A DNA stretch of 64,000 nucleotides from an uncultured Nitrospinota bacterium (GCA_963707985.1 CAVPRW010000031.1:96001-160000), one strand, 5' to 3'; positions 45,085 through 58,951 are shown, counted from the stretch's first letter. Numbers and translations are program-made. The notes: generated by a model not told the origin, from the sequence alone.

Positions 45085-45716
45085 CTAGCCAGAAGATTTG
45101 GTCAAAACCCAGGCCTCGTGTCGAAGCATGTGGCAATGCAGCAATGGCTTATAGACGTAGCTCCGTACCACGCTGCTCCATATGGGCTCTGCTAAACGGC
45201 CTACGCATCGGTTTCGCTGCTGAAGACTTCGAAGCTCCGATGCTAGCTTCCCGTGAAAAGCGGCGAGCTGCCGCGGGAAGATGGTCGCTACCGCGAAGTA
45301 GTAGACCTTCTGGTCCTCGGCCATTGCCTCTTGAATCCGGGCGCGAGCAGGGTCTGAATCCAGATAACGCGTGTCGCGTTGCAGGCGTGCTACCTCGTGC
45401 GGGGGTCGTTTGTCGCTCAACTAGTTGGCGCGGCGATATTCTGGGCGAAAACCAGGCTCCTGCAGCCATCCGCCTAGCATCAGCACCGATTCATCGAAGC
45501 GCTCGGTCAAGCCGACGAAATCGACGCGCGTGGAGAGCAACTCGATCGCTTTCTGCGCATTGGGTTCACGGGCGATCATCTTGGCTTGCCAGTTGTGTAC
45601 CCAGGTGGCTGTGATCCAGCGCTCGAAGTCCCGGGGACTGTGGTCCGCGAGGCGTGCGTTCAGAAAATGCGACCGCAGTCTGGCGGCCGGATCGCGTAAG
45701 AACGTAAAGAATCGGA
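45085..45716 (-). pseudogene. Sulfotransferase fragment, 5' truncated, internal TAG at 45421-45423
   Basis: FFTFLRDPAARLRSHF, FVGLTERFDESV, EDQKVY. Confidence 0.65.
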
Positions 45717-45801
45717 CTGTGACAGTGACCTTTTGGAAGGATTGTGTCGCTCAGGAAGGGGACAGCTTCATGAATAGCCACCGTGTGGCTGACGGACATG
45801 G

Positions 45802-46335
45802 TTAGAAGCCGGCACGGGATAACTCGGCAGCAAGCTGTTCCTCCTCCTGCCGCATAGCATCCTGCCAACGCATATACTCTGGCATGAGCTCGCTGACGGC
45901 TTGAGCGAGTGCGACCGGATCATCAGGGATCGACCGTGGCTGGAAGGTTACCACAACATCGCCAACTCCGGGTTGAAACTGAGATAAGAGGAGATAACCA
46001 GCCTTCATCAGACTTATCTGCCTGGGGTCCGACTGTGCATGCATGGCAATGAGCAGAGCCGTTTCGAGTGCATCCTTTGAGGCGGGTAGATACTTCAGGT
46101 CAGTCACGAGGCTGGCCGATTCAACGGGATGCCCGGTCACGAACGTATTGCCGCCGATACTGACAGCATACTTCGGGTCAGTCACGAGGCTGGCCGATTC
46201 AACGGCGTCCCCTAATGCACGGCCATACACATGAATCAACGCTTCGGCATGCAGGACCGCCCGGCGGACACGATGCCGAGCACGCCGTTGAGCGAGCCAA
46301 GAGTGTAGATAGGCGAATCCACAGGGGAGCTTCAT
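45802..46335 (-). CDS. Hypothetical protein with internal duplication
   Basis: VESASLVTDxKY occurs twice. Confidence 0.55.
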   Translation of the reverse strand: MKLPCGFAYLHSWLAQRRARHRVRRAVLHAEALIHVYGRALGDAVESASLVTDPKYAVSIGGNTFVTGHPVESASLVTDLKYLPASKDALETALLIAMHAQSDPRQISLMKAGYLLLSQFQPGVGDVVVTFQPRSIPDDPVALAQAVSELMPEYMRWQDAMRQEEEQLAAELSRAGF

Positions 46336-46382
46336 CTCCTCAGCGAAGGGGGCGATGCCTGCCCCATGAATATGGGGTGAAC

Positions 46383-47429
46383 ATGGCAGTCTTTAAAAAG
46401 GGGCGAGTCTGGTACATCGACTACTATGTCAAAGGGGTGCGGAAACGTAAAGAAGATCGGACCCAGCAAGCACATCGCCGAGCTGGCCTTGGCTCAGGTC
46501 CAGGTGAAGATCGCCAAGGGGGAATACCTCGGCATCTATGAAGAGAAGAAACTGACGTTTCGGCAATTTGCCCCCGAGTATCTCGCCTTCTCGCAGGCGA
46601 ACAAGAGTGGGAGCTCCTACGTCGTGACTGTATCGCCGTTGATCGCTGGCTTATCCCCGTGTTTGGGGATCGATATCTCTTTGACATCACCCTGGCAGCA
46701 GCGGAGCGGTACAAGCAGCAGCGCCTCGAGTCTGTCGATCCCGCAACCGTCAATTAAGAGGTGGACTGCCTCAAGGCCATGCTCAACAAGGCTGTGCGCT
46801 GGGGCTATCTATAAGAGAATCCCCTGAAGGGGATGAGGGCACTCACAGAACCACCAGGCCGGCTGCGCTATCTGACGCCGGAGGAAACCATGCGCCTGTT
46901 AGCCGCCTGTGACACGCCGCCGTACCTTCGCCCCATCGTGGATCTCGCCATGCATATGGGCATGCGGCGCTCGGAAATCCTTGCTCTGCGATGGGGGGAT
47001 GTGGACCTCCGCCGGCGGACACTCACCTTGAGTCACACCAAAAACAATGAATGGCGGGTGATCCCGATCAATGACACCGTGGCTGCGGTGCTCAAAGCCT
47101 GGCCGCGGGTGGTGGGAACCGATATCTTTTTTCCTGACCTCAATGGGCCGATGGTCACCCGGGCGTTCGGGCGGGCCTGCCGTAAAGTCGATGTCCCCAA
47201 CCTGCGTTTGCACGACCTGCGGCATACATTCGCGTCCTTTCTAGCGATGGGTGGCTTCAACCTGCGGGCCATTCAACAGCTCTTAGAGCATAAAGACCTG
47301 CGCATGACGGCGCGGTATGCGCATCTGTCGGCCGATCATCTGCAGCAGGCTGTCAAAAGTTTGGATGCTGTGTTGGGTTCGAGCAAGGCGATAGACACTA
47401 TCTGGATACCAACGGCAGAACAACGGTAA
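46383..47429 (+). pseudogene. Phage-type tyrosine integrase with frameshifts and stops in the N-terminal half
   Basis: WYIDYY arm-binding start; GMRRSEIL, HDLRHT, LLEH, TARYAH. Confidence 0.88.
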
Positions 47430-47460
47430 GGAAAGGCGTGGAAATCATTGATTTTACAAA

Positions 47461-47533
47461 TGGCCCCACCGAGATTCGAACTCGGGTTTCTGCCGTGAGA
47501 GGGCAGCGTCCTTGGCCTCTAGACGATGGGGCC
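47461..47533 (-). tRNA. tRNA-Glu(CTC)
   Basis: GGCCCCATCGTCTAG...CTGCCCTCTCACGGCAG...GTTCGAATC. Confidence 0.95.
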
Positions 47534-47548
47534 TCATCATTTCAGCTA

Positions 47549-47620
47549 TTCCGGGGCAGGGATTCGAACCCCGATTCTACGGTCCAGAGCCGCATGTCCT
47601 GCCTGTTGGACGACCCCGGA
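47549..47620 (-). tRNA. tRNA-Gln(CTG)
   Basis: TCCGGGGTCGTCCAA...GCGGCTCTGGACCGT...GGTTCGAATCC. Confidence 0.93.
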
Positions 47621-47695
47621 GTGATCGTCTTAAGAAAATGCTTGCTATCGAGGCACAGGATGCGAAGAAGCCAACGACCATCCTGCAGGAGGTAG

Positions 47696-47724
47696 GTTAT
47701 AACGAAGTTGTAGGGGTTCGTCAA
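47696..47724 (-). promoter_or_regulatory. Sigma70 promoter for tRNA-Gln/tRNA-Glu
   Basis: TTGACG-N17-TATAAC. Confidence 0.7.
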
Positions 47725-48441
47725 GTAGGAAAATCGACCGCTTGTCTTGGCTGCCTTTTCTCGACAATCCGTGCGCTTTTTTGTTAGCTTCGCTTTTCCG
47801 CTCAACGGTGGTAGGTGGGTGCTGTCAACTAGAAGGTGTGCCTATCCCAACCTGGCCAAAATGCCCCTAACCTGACTTGCCGGAGAGAGTTGTTTGCATG
47901 ACTCCCTAGCCTCGTACGGATGGAACGGCACACGACACGAATTTGAAGGGCGCCCAACAAGCTATACCGTTGGTCTACGAGATGATCTCTGGATTTCGGA
48001 AGATTCAGTGGACGAGATAGAGGGTCAGTAAATCGACAGAAAAGATCTCAAGTCCTTAGAGCATTGACTTTCCATTGATAACGGAGGCTATTTTTCACGT
48101 CCTGCTTTTTTCATAATCGCTGCATTGCCGAAAGGCTCCGCTCGCCGCTCTGATGTGTACTTGTGCGATGGTCGCAGCGATCATGTCATGGAGGCTCGAC
48201 ATCCGATGGTCGAAATGACTGCTCAAGGGTGCTTTCGACCTAGGGTGACCTCGTTCATCAGGAATAACTGGAGCAACAACTGTAACAAACTAAGGCAGCC
48301 AGACTAACACTCGGTGGTGGTCTAGGGCGAGAAGCGGCTCCCCTCACGCTTGACAGCGTGATAGAGATCGTGCTACAGGGGAAGACCCTTGAGTGGGAGA
48401 AGAGTTGTCAGCGGATATGGTGCTGTGAACGGGGTGCGCCC

Positions 48442-49201
48442 ATGATAAGCGAGCAGCTATCGTTAGCGGGAAAAGTGGCCATGGTGACCGGGTCTGGACG
48501 CGGCTTGGGTCGTGCCATGGCTCTGGCCATGGCGGACGCAGGAGCAGACTTGGTTATTACTGCACGGACACTTGGAGAGATTGAGGCGGTCGGCAAAGAG
48601 GTCGAGCAGCGTGGTCGTAGGGCCTTTGTGACACCTTGTGATGTGACCAAAACAGACGATGTCGAGGGCATGGTGGCAAGAGCTCTTGAAGCTCTAGGAA
48701 GGGTCGACATTCTAGTCAATAACGCCGGAGGCAGTCGTCGGAAAGCTGTGTTGGAGATGACCGATGAGGAATGGCATTGGGTGGTTGATCTTAACCTGAC
48801 GAGCACCTTTATTTGCTCGCGAACGGTCGGACGGCACATGGCCGTCCAGAAACAGTGGCAAGGTGATTAACATCGCCTCTGGGTGGGGATATCGTGGACT
48901 TCGGAACAGTACCCCGTATTGTGCCTCGAAAGCTGCGGTGATCAACTTCACGCGCGCACTCGCCGTGGAATGGAGTCGTCATAATATTCAGGTGAATTGC
49001 ATTGCCCCAGGCTACTTCCCACTCAAAGTCCCGACGGATGAGCCGGAGGCCCGCGAGCGTACTATACGCATCAGCCGCATCCCGCTTGGCGGGGGAGAGG
49101 CAGAGGATATTGGGCCGCTGGCTGTGTTTCTGGCCTCGAATGGGGCTAATTATCTAACTGGGCAGACGCTTTTGCTTGACGGCGGGGCATTGCTGCCCTA
49201 G
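48442..49201 (+). CDS. SDR oxidoreductase, +1 frameshift near 48850
   Basis: TGSGRGLG, NNAG, YCASK; removing one A restores VQNSGKVINIAS. Confidence 0.85.
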
Positions 49202-49212
49202 GAGTACGCTAG

Positions 49213-49977
49213 ATGGTGTTTGACCGATTTACCTTGGAGGGAAAAGTCGCCATTGTGACAGGGGCTGGCAGAGGGCTTGGCGCGACGATGGCATTGTCTT
49301 TGGCGCAAGCGGGCGCTGCGGTCGTAGCTGTAGCACGGACGGAGCAGGAAATCCAAGAGACGGTCGCGGCGGTCACGAAACTTGGGAAAACAGGGCTAGC
49401 GCTGCCAGCGGATGTGACTGATTCCAGGGCCGTGGACCAGTTAGTGGCACATGTGGCAATGCACCTCGGTAGCGTCGACATCTTGATCAATAATGCTGGT
49501 GGAGAATTTGGCTTGAGTAAAGCCGTCACTGAACTCAGTGATGAGGAGTGGCGTCAGATCCTATCGACTAACTTGACAGGTGCTTTTTATTGTACCAGAG
49601 CTGCGGGGCGCCATATGCTCGACCGTGGCTGGGGACGCGTGATCAATGTGACCTGTATCTATGGTGCCCGCGGTAGCGTGGAGCATGCGGCGTATGCCGC
49701 GGCAAAAGGTGGTCTGATGCAATTCTCCCAGGCCTTAGCGTTGGAATGGGCTAAGCGGGGGGTGACTGTTAATACCCTAGGCATTGGATGGTTTGAGGAT
49801 CAGGCACTACCCTCTCTAGAGCCGGAAATCCGAGAGCAGCTAAAACGAGCCATTCCAGTGCAACGATTCGGTCGACCCACGGACGTCGAATCGGTAGTAG
49901 TTTATCTCGCTTCGGATGCGTCGCGCTATTATACGGGCCAAAGCATATGGCTAGACGGAGGGATTCTCTGCCGATAA
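49213..49977 (+). CDS. SDR oxidoreductase
   Basis: TGAGRGLG, NNAG, YAAAK. Confidence 0.9.
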   Translation: MVFDRFTLEGKVAIVTGAGRGLGATMALSLAQAGAAVVAVARTEQEIQETVAAVTKLGKTGLALPADVTDSRAVDQLVAHVAMHLGSVDILINNAGGEFGLSKAVTELSDEEWRQILSTNLTGAFYCTRAAGRHMLDRGWGRVINVTCIYGARGSVEHAAYAAAKGGLMQFSQALALEWAKRGVTVNTLGIGWFEDQALPSLEPEIREQLKRAIPVQRFGRPTDVESVVVYLASDASRYYTGQSIWLDGGILCR

Positions 49978-50033
49978 CAGCGAGCCGCGCATAATGACCA
50001 TCAGATCCCGTGCTCCGAGACATGGTGACGATG

Positions 50034-50085
50034 GTCAAAAACATAAAGGCCGTCGAATATATTCGACGGCCTTTATGTTTTTGAC
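50034..50085. terminator. Bidirectional intrinsic terminator (perfect 52-bp palindrome)
   Basis: gtcaaaaacataaaggccgtcgaata|tattcgacggcctttatgtttttgac between converging SDR and 23S. Confidence 0.85.
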
Positions 50086-50123
50086 AACTCAATACGAAAA
50101 CAGCCCACTCGCAAGCAGAAGTA

Positions 50124-53131
<3,008 letters not shown>

Positions 53132-53231
53132 ATATATTGCCAGCGAATGTGCTGTTTTCGTATTCAGTTGTCAAAGAGCGTTACAACATAAGGCAATTTT
53201 GCTCTCTACACTAGCAGAGCAAACAAGTCTG

Positions 53232-53304
<73 letters not shown>

Positions 53305-53369
53305 TCGCTCTTGTAGTGAAGCTTACAAGCAAATGCCAGGTAAAACCGTATGCAGCTCTTAACACTTGA

Positions 53370-53443
<74 letters not shown>

Positions 53444-53600
53444 ACACAGAACCTCTTCCAGCAGGCTAAGCGGAACCTTCCCACTTTCCCGAGGGCTCAT
53501 GAGCCGGTGAGGCTCCCTTCCGAAGCCTGCAATTCACCGGCAACGTCGGCACCAGATAGCCCATCGGCTGCTGCCTTGCCTTACCCGGCCTAACTTCCCC

Positions 53601-53647
53601 CTCAAAGAGCGAGATGTAAATATACGACCCACCCCTCATAGTGTCAA
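53601..53647 (-). promoter_or_regulatory. rRNA-type sigma70 promoter plus boxA-like site
   Basis: TTGACA(53642-53647)-N17-TATATT(53619-53624); CGCTCTTTGAG at 53601-53611 matches spacer boxA CGCTCTTTGAC near 53170. Confidence 0.8.
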
Positions 53648-53731
53648 GATGTTTTTCGCTATCAGACAAAATCTTCTATATTTCATGGAAAACACTAGAA
53701 GTATTTAGAATTCTTCGATTTATGTGGGTTG

Positions 53732-54985
53732 TCAGGAAGATGAGCGCACAATATTTTCTGGATGTATGCGGGCGAATCGCCTGCGGCCCACCTGCAGAAG
53801 ATGTGGTTCACTGGCCGACAGACGCAAGTTGGCGTCGTTCACCCGCTCACCATTGACCCTAACCGCGCCGTGTTGAATTAACCGACGGGCCTCACTGTTA
53901 CTCGGTGCCAGGCCTGCCTGGACGAGAACTTCGACGATCCACATTTGCTCACCATTGACACCGGAAAGGCGGATGGAGGGTGCGACGATATCATCGGGTA
54001 ATCCCCCGGCTTGAAACATACGCCGAAATTCGCGCTCTGCCTCCTGTGCTGCCGTAGCGTCATGAAAGCGCGCGACCAGCTCGCGCGCGAGGGCCATTTT
54101 AACATCGCGGGGATTGATTGATCCTTCGGCCATGTGCCGCTTCTCTTTCTCCAACAGAGCGGTGTCGATAGCGCTTAATAGTTCGTAATAACGCAACATG
54201 AGCTGATCGGAGAGCGACATGATCTTGCCATAGATCTGCCGCGGCGATTCGGTGATACCGATATAATTTCCTAAACTTTTGCTCATCTTCTGCACCCCGT
54301 CGAGCCCTTCAAGCAGGGGGGTGGTCAGGATGACCTGCGGTTCTTGTCCATATTCGCGCTGAATATCTCTGCCGACGAGCAAATTAAACTTCTGATCGGT
54401 CCCCCCCAACTCCACGTCCGCCTGCAGTGCAACCGAATCGTAGGCCTGAAACAGGGGGTAGAGAAATTCATGCACGCTGATGGCGCGCCCCTCATGAAAA
54501 CGTCGTTGGAAGTCGTCGCGTTCGAGCATACGGGCGACCGTGTGCTTGGCGGCCAGCGTCACAATCGCCTCGGGGGTGAGTTGCCCCAGCCATTCACTGT
54601 TGAACCGCACCGTTGTCATCGTAGGGTCCAGCACCTTGTAGATCTGCGCTGCATAGGTCTGGGCATTGGCCAAAATGTCATCCCGCGTGAGGGGCTTGCG
54701 GGTTTCGGATTTCCCTGTCGGATCACCAATCATCCCGGTAAAATCGCCGATGACCAAGAAGACGTGATGGCCGAGTTCTTGAAACTGCCGCAGCTTATGC
54801 AGGACGACGGTATGCCCAAGATGGATATCAGGTGCAGTCGGGTCGAGCCCCAGCTTGACCCGCAACGGTTTGCCGGTCGTCGTCGCGCGCTCAAGCTTCC
54901 GCCGTAACTCTTCAATGGTGATGAGATCGACAGCACCCCGCTGGATGATGCTGATTTGCGCATCGATGTTTATAGGATGTGACAT
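53732..54985 (-). CDS. tyrS: Tyrosine-tRNA ligase
   Basis: DPTAPDIHLGH, GGTDQKFN, KMSKS, C-terminal S4 domain. Confidence 0.97.
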   Translation of the reverse strand: MSHPINIDAQISIIQRGAVDLITIEELRRKLERATTTGKPLRVKLGLDPTAPDIHLGHTVVLHKLRQFQELGHHVFLVIGDFTGMIGDPTGKSETRKPLTRDDILANAQTYAAQIYKVLDPTMTTVRFNSEWLGQLTPEAIVTLAAKHTVARMLERDDFQRRFHEGRAISVHEFLYPLFQAYDSVALQADVELGGTDQKFNLLVGRDIQREYGQEPQVILTTPLLEGLDGVQKMSKSLGNYIGITESPRQIYGKIMSLSDQLMLRYYELLSAIDTALLEKEKRHMAEGSINPRDVKMALARELVARFHDATAAQEAEREFRRMFQAGGLPDDIVAPSIRLSGVNGEQMWIVEVLVQAGLAPSNSEARRLIQHGAVRVNGERVNDANLRLSASEPHLLQVGRRRFARIHPENIVRSSS

Positions 54986-55118
54986 GCCCGCTCACCTCTA
55001 CCTATGGCTGCATTCAAGCACTATGGTGGGCGTCCCTAGGACGTCACCCTCGACGGCACGAAGGGCGGTGAATCGCTGCCCTCACCCTTGGGCAAGGAGG
55101 AATCCCCCCAAACTGCGT

Positions 55119-55376
55119 TCAAGGCTCCTGCGATGAACGACCGCCGATCAAAGGTGGGAAGACACTGACGATATCTCCATCTGTCAAGAAACTGTTCTCC
55201 GTGGCATGCCGCCCATTAACCAGCACGATCCTGGGGAGATCGTCCGGCACACCCAACGCTTGCATGAGCACTTGGACGGTGTCGTGTTCGTGCACGTCCA
55301 TTTGCAGTCCCGATCGAATGGCATGCCGTGGTAGGAAGTCACGAAATGTGGCAAAGAGCTTGAGCGTGACGGTCAT
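55119..55376 (-). CDS. MoaD/ThiS-family sulfur carrier
   Basis: VTLKLFATFR, LVNG, LTDGDIVSVFPPLIGG plus extension. Confidence 0.85.
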   Translation of the reverse strand: MTVTLKLFATFRDFLPRHAIRSGLQMDVHEHDTVQVLMQALGVPDDLPRIVLVNGRHATENSFLTDGDIVSVFPPLIGGRSSQEP

Positions 55377-56644
55377 GTTTCACCCTTCTCACTCTCCACC
55401 GGTGGGGCAGAGCGAGGCACCACATGTACGCGCTCAACCATACGGTTGGTGGCCTCTTCGATCTCGAGCATCAGCCCGTCATGCATGAGCAGCTCCCCGC
55501 GTTGCGGTATGCGCTCAAGCTCAGCCAGGATAAACCCCGCCAGTGTAGCGTAATCTCCTGTCGGCAGATGTATGCCCAAGATCTCGTTGATGGCGTCGAT
55601 CTCCATGCGCGCGTCGATGCGAAACGAGCCGTCAGGTAGAATTTCGTAAAGCCGCCCCCGGGCATCATATTCGTCTTCGATTTCCCCAACGATTTCCTCG
55701 ATCATATCTTCGATGGTTACAATCCCCACCGACCCGCCGTATTCATCTACCACCACAGCCAGCGGGATGCCCTTCTGCTGGACATCTTTGAGAAGATCTC
55801 CGATGCGGCGTGTCTCAGGTACGTAATACGCCGGTCGAATCAGCTGACGAAAGCTTCGCTCACCTGGTGGCATGGAAAGGACATCTAAAGCATTCACCCA
55901 GCCGACGATGTTATGAATGTTGTCCTGGAAAATGGGGATGCGCGAGAACCCATGCTCACGGATGGCCTGAATCAGTTCATCGACGCTGGTGTTATCCTCA
56001 AGGGCGACAACTTCGACCAACGGGATCATCGCGTCGCGCACCCGTGTGTCACTGAAGCCGAAGATCCGCCGAATCATCCGCCGTTCATGCACCCCAAGCG
56101 CACTGCTGCGATCAGTCAGACGTACCAATAGCTCTAGCTCTTCTTTGGTCACGAAGGGATTCTTATGCTCCGACTGCAGACCAAAAAAACGCAGCCCCTG
56201 TCCGACCAGCCAGGTGATCATGTAGGCCACGGGGTAGCAGATGTAGAACACCGCACGCAGCGGCAGAATAACCATTGCTGCGAGCCGGTCCGCATGGTGC
56301 TGAAAAATCGTCTTCGGGAAGATTTCGCCTACCGTCAGCACGAGCGTGGTCATGAGCACGAGGGCTGCCCACTCTCCCCGGTGACCCAGCCAATTGACGA
56401 AGACTGCAGTGGCTAGTGACGTCCCGGTTACGACCACGAGGTTGTGCATGACCAGGGTGCTGCCGAGCATTTGTTCTGGCTTGTCGAGCGTCTGCAAGAT
56501 CAGCTCGGCGATGCGCGAGCCTTGCTCGGCGCTATGGCGGATCTTTAACTTATTGGCAGAGTACAGGGCAATCTCCGCCCCAGAGATGAATGCCTCTGTC
56601 CCCAAACAAGCAACGATCACCACCGAAGCCAACCACGGCTCCAC
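55373..56644 (-). CDS. CNNM/HlyC-CorC (DUF21-CBS) membrane protein
   Basis: SGAEIAL, GEIFPK, SRIPIF, VVDEYGG, C-terminal CorC domain. Confidence 0.92.
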   Translation of the reverse strand: MEPWLASVVIVACLGTEAFISGAEIALYSANKLKIRHSAEQGSRIAELILQTLDKPEQMLGSTLVMHNLVVVTGTSLATAVFVNWLGHRGEWAALVLMTTLVLTVGEIFPKTIFQHHADRLAAMVILPLRAVFYICYPVAYMITWLVGQGLRFFGLQSEHKNPFVTKEELELLVRLTDRSSALGVHERRMIRRIFGFSDTRVRDAMIPLVEVVALEDNTSVDELIQAIREHGFSRIPIFQDNIHNIVGWVNALDVLSMPPGERSFRQLIRPAYYVPETRRIGDLLKDVQQKGIPLAVVVDEYGGSVGIVTIEDMIEEIVGEIEDEYDARGRLYEILPDGSFRIDARMEIDAINEILGIHLPTGDYATLAGFILAELERIPQRGELLMHDGLMLEIEEATNRMVERVHVVPRSAPPVESEKGET

Positions 56645-56646
56645 GA

Positions 56647-57894
56647 CTACCCTTCCTCTCGGCGCACACGAATCTCCAGAATGCGTGTGCCTTTGATATG
56701 CTCGATGGTAAAAGTCAACCCATGGGCGCTCACCGCTTCGCCACGCTTCGGCAGCTTGCCGAAGAGGTGGAAGACATGGCCGCCGATGGTATCTGCGTCT
56801 CCGTGTGGAATCGATACACCCAATTGTGCATTGAATTCATCCAGCGGCAACCGGGCGGATACCACGTAGGTCTGTGCGTCGATCTGTCGCTGCATGACCT
56901 CTTCGATGTCGAATTCGTCCACAATTTCGCCGACCAGCTCCTCCAAGGCATCCTCCATAGTGACGAGCCCCGATATTCCACCGTACTCATCGACCACGAT
57001 CGCCATATGCACCTTATTGCGCTGAAATTCCCGCAGCAGATCGTCGATCCGCTTCGATTCAGGCACGAAAAACACTCGATGGAGCAAGTCTCGCAACTTG
57101 ACCTCCAGCTCGGGATGGCGACTGTAAGGTAGCAGATCCTTGGCGTAGAGAATGCCAATGATTCGATCGATCGTTCCTTCGTAGACCGGAATACGGGAGA
57201 AGCGATTGTCTTTGATTTTGGGTAGAGCCGTGACCAACGCTTCGCCGACTTCAAGCGCGAAAATGTCGGTACGGGGGGTCATGATTTGAGATACCCGGTG
57301 TCCAGCAAACTCGAAAACCCGTTGGATCAAATGCCGCTCGCGCTGATCGATAATCCCTTCACCCTCACTGATCTCCACCAAGCTCGTAAATTCCTCCGTA
57401 GTGATCAAGGCGATCGGCCGCTCGGCATGTGCGCCCATGATAGTATCCACCAGCTTCCGCAACCCCCAACGCAGTGGGGTGATGACATAGGCGAAGGCCT
57501 GCATGGGCCAGGCGACTAGCCGAGAAATGCGCTCAGGGTACCGGACCGCTAGGCTTTTCGGGGTCACTTCACCGCAGAGCAGGAGTATGAGCGTCGTGGC
57601 GACGATCGCCATGTACTCCCCTCCTTCGCCATACAGAAGGAGTGCGAGCGAAGTAGAGGTGACCGCCAGCGCCACATTAACGAACTCGTTACCGATCAGG
57701 AAGGTGATGATCAGGTTGGTGGGGTGTTGGAGCATGGCAGCGATGAGGCGGCCAACCATGCCCCCGCGCTCCCGCATGCGTTCGACCTGGACTGTATTGA
57801 GCGAAAAGAGGGCAGCCTCTGACCCGGAGAAGAAGGCCGAGCAGACGAGCAGAATGGCTATGAGTAAGAGCCTAACGAGCAGTACACTCTCCAA
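56647..57894 (-). CDS. CNNM/HlyC-CorC (DUF21-CBS) membrane protein
   Basis: SAFFSGSEAALFS, GEVTPK, SRIPVY, VVDEYGG; start codon uncertain. Confidence 0.92.
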   Translation of the reverse strand: MESVLLVRLLLIAILLVCSAFFSGSEAALFSLNTVQVERMRERGGMVGRLIAAMLQHPTNLIITFLIGNEFVNVALAVTSTSLALLLYGEGGEYMAIVATTLILLLCGEVTPKSLAVRYPERISRLVAWPMQAFAYVITPLRWGLRKLVDTIMGAHAERPIALITTEEFTSLVEISEGEGIIDQRERHLIQRVFEFAGHRVSQIMTPRTDIFALEVGEALVTALPKIKDNRFSRIPVYEGTIDRIIGILYAKDLLPYSRHPELEVKLRDLLHRVFFVPESKRIDDLLREFQRNKVHMAIVVDEYGGISGLVTMEDALEELVGEIVDEFDIEEVMQRQIDAQTYVVSARLPLDEFNAQLGVSIPHGDADTIGGHVFHLFGKLPKRGEAVSAHGLTFTIEHIKGTRILEIRVRREEG

Positions 57895-57901
57895 TGCCGC
57901 A

Positions 57902-58951
57902 TCATCCAAACACCATGATCCACAGGCCCACGCCGACCACACACACGGCCGAGAACGGCAGCAACACCTTCCAGGACATGTACATCAGCTGATCGACCCG
58001 CAAGCGTGGTAGAGTCCAGCGCAACCACATCATGACGAAAATGAGTAATAGACATTTAATAATGAATGTTAGGGCAGGTGGCAGAATGGGAGTCGGCAAG
58101 ATACTGTTCCATCCTCCCAAGAACAGCGTGGTGGCAATGGCACTGACGGCGAACATGTTGGCATACTCGGCTAAGAAAAAGATCGCGAAACGCATGCCGC
58201 TGTACTCGGTGTGATAGCCTGCCACCAGCTCCGATTCGGCTTCTGGAATATCGAACGGTGTGCGATTGACCTCGGCCAGAGCAGCACAATAGTAGATAAA
58301 AAAAGCTATAAAACTAAATGGATTACTAAAAATAAACCAATGATGAATTCCCCCCGCTTGGGCAGTTGAGATGTCCCGCATACTTAAACTCCCGGCCAGC
58401 ATGATGGTGGTCAACAGCGCAAATCCGGCCGGAATTTCGTAACTGATAATCTGTGCCGCCGAGCGAATGGCGCCATACAGCGCCCATTTATTATTCGAAG
58501 CCCAGCCGGCCATCATAATGCCAATAATTACCACTGACGAGATGGCCACTAGGTAGAGCAGGCCGATGTTCAGGTCGCTCACGATTAGCGTCGGACTAAA
58601 CGGAATGACGACAAACGCGCCAAACGCACTGGCGAACACCACCATTGGAGCGAGCGCAAACACCAAGCGATCTGCCTGTTCGGGAACAATATCCTCTTTA
58701 AACAGGAGCTTGACGCCATCGGCGATCGATTGCGCCCAGCCATGCCACCCCCCTACCCGCATAGGTCCCAGCCGATCCTGCATATGGGCCGAGACCTTAC
58801 GTTCAAGCCAGATGAGAAACATCACCATAACTGAAATGAACCCGAGGATAACCGTCGCGATCAGGATGCTCAGAACCAGTGCCAGGAGCGGCTCTGGCAC
58901 GGCGCCCAAGGCAGGGACGGCGGCCAATACCCGCTGCACCCAATCATGCAT
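57902..58951 (-). CDS. nuoH: NADH-quinone oxidoreductase subunit H
   Basis: ERKVSAHMQDRLGP, AQIISYE, PFDIPEAESELVAGYHTEYSG. Confidence 0.96.
   Translation of the reverse strand: MHDWVQRVLAAVPALGAVPEPLLALVLSILIATVILGFISVMVMFLIWLERKVSAHMQDRLGPMRVGGWHGWAQSIADGVKLLFKEDIVPEQADRLVFALAPMVVFASAFGAFVVIPFSPTLIVSDLNIGLLYLVAISSVVIIGIMMAGWASNNKWALYGAIRSAAQIISYEIPAGFALLTTIMLAGSLSMRDISTAQAGGIHHWFIFSNPFSFIAFFIYYCAALAEVNRTPFDIPEAESELVAGYHTEYSGMRFAIFFLAEYANMFAVSAIATTLFLGGWNSILPTPILPPALTFIIKCLLLIFVMMWLRWTLPRLRVDQLMYMSWKVLLPFSAVCVVGVGLWIMVFG

Noticed and set aside
46090..46205. Mini CRISPR array (38-bp repeat, 40-bp spacer)
   Set aside because: Only two units, in frame inside an ORF, no leader and no cas genes in the window
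46383..47429. Integron integrase for the attC-like array
   Set aside because: Phage-type arm-binding N-terminus, no IntI-specific insertion recognised, and 22 kb away from the array
48060..48350. Riboswitch or small ORF upstream of the SDRs
   Set aside because: No recognisable aptamer motif or convincing RBS
53460..53600. SRP RNA, 6S RNA or 5S rRNA call
   Set aside because: Only partial SRP helix-8 resemblance and no 5S or 6S motifs recognised; kept only as an unexplained structured leader
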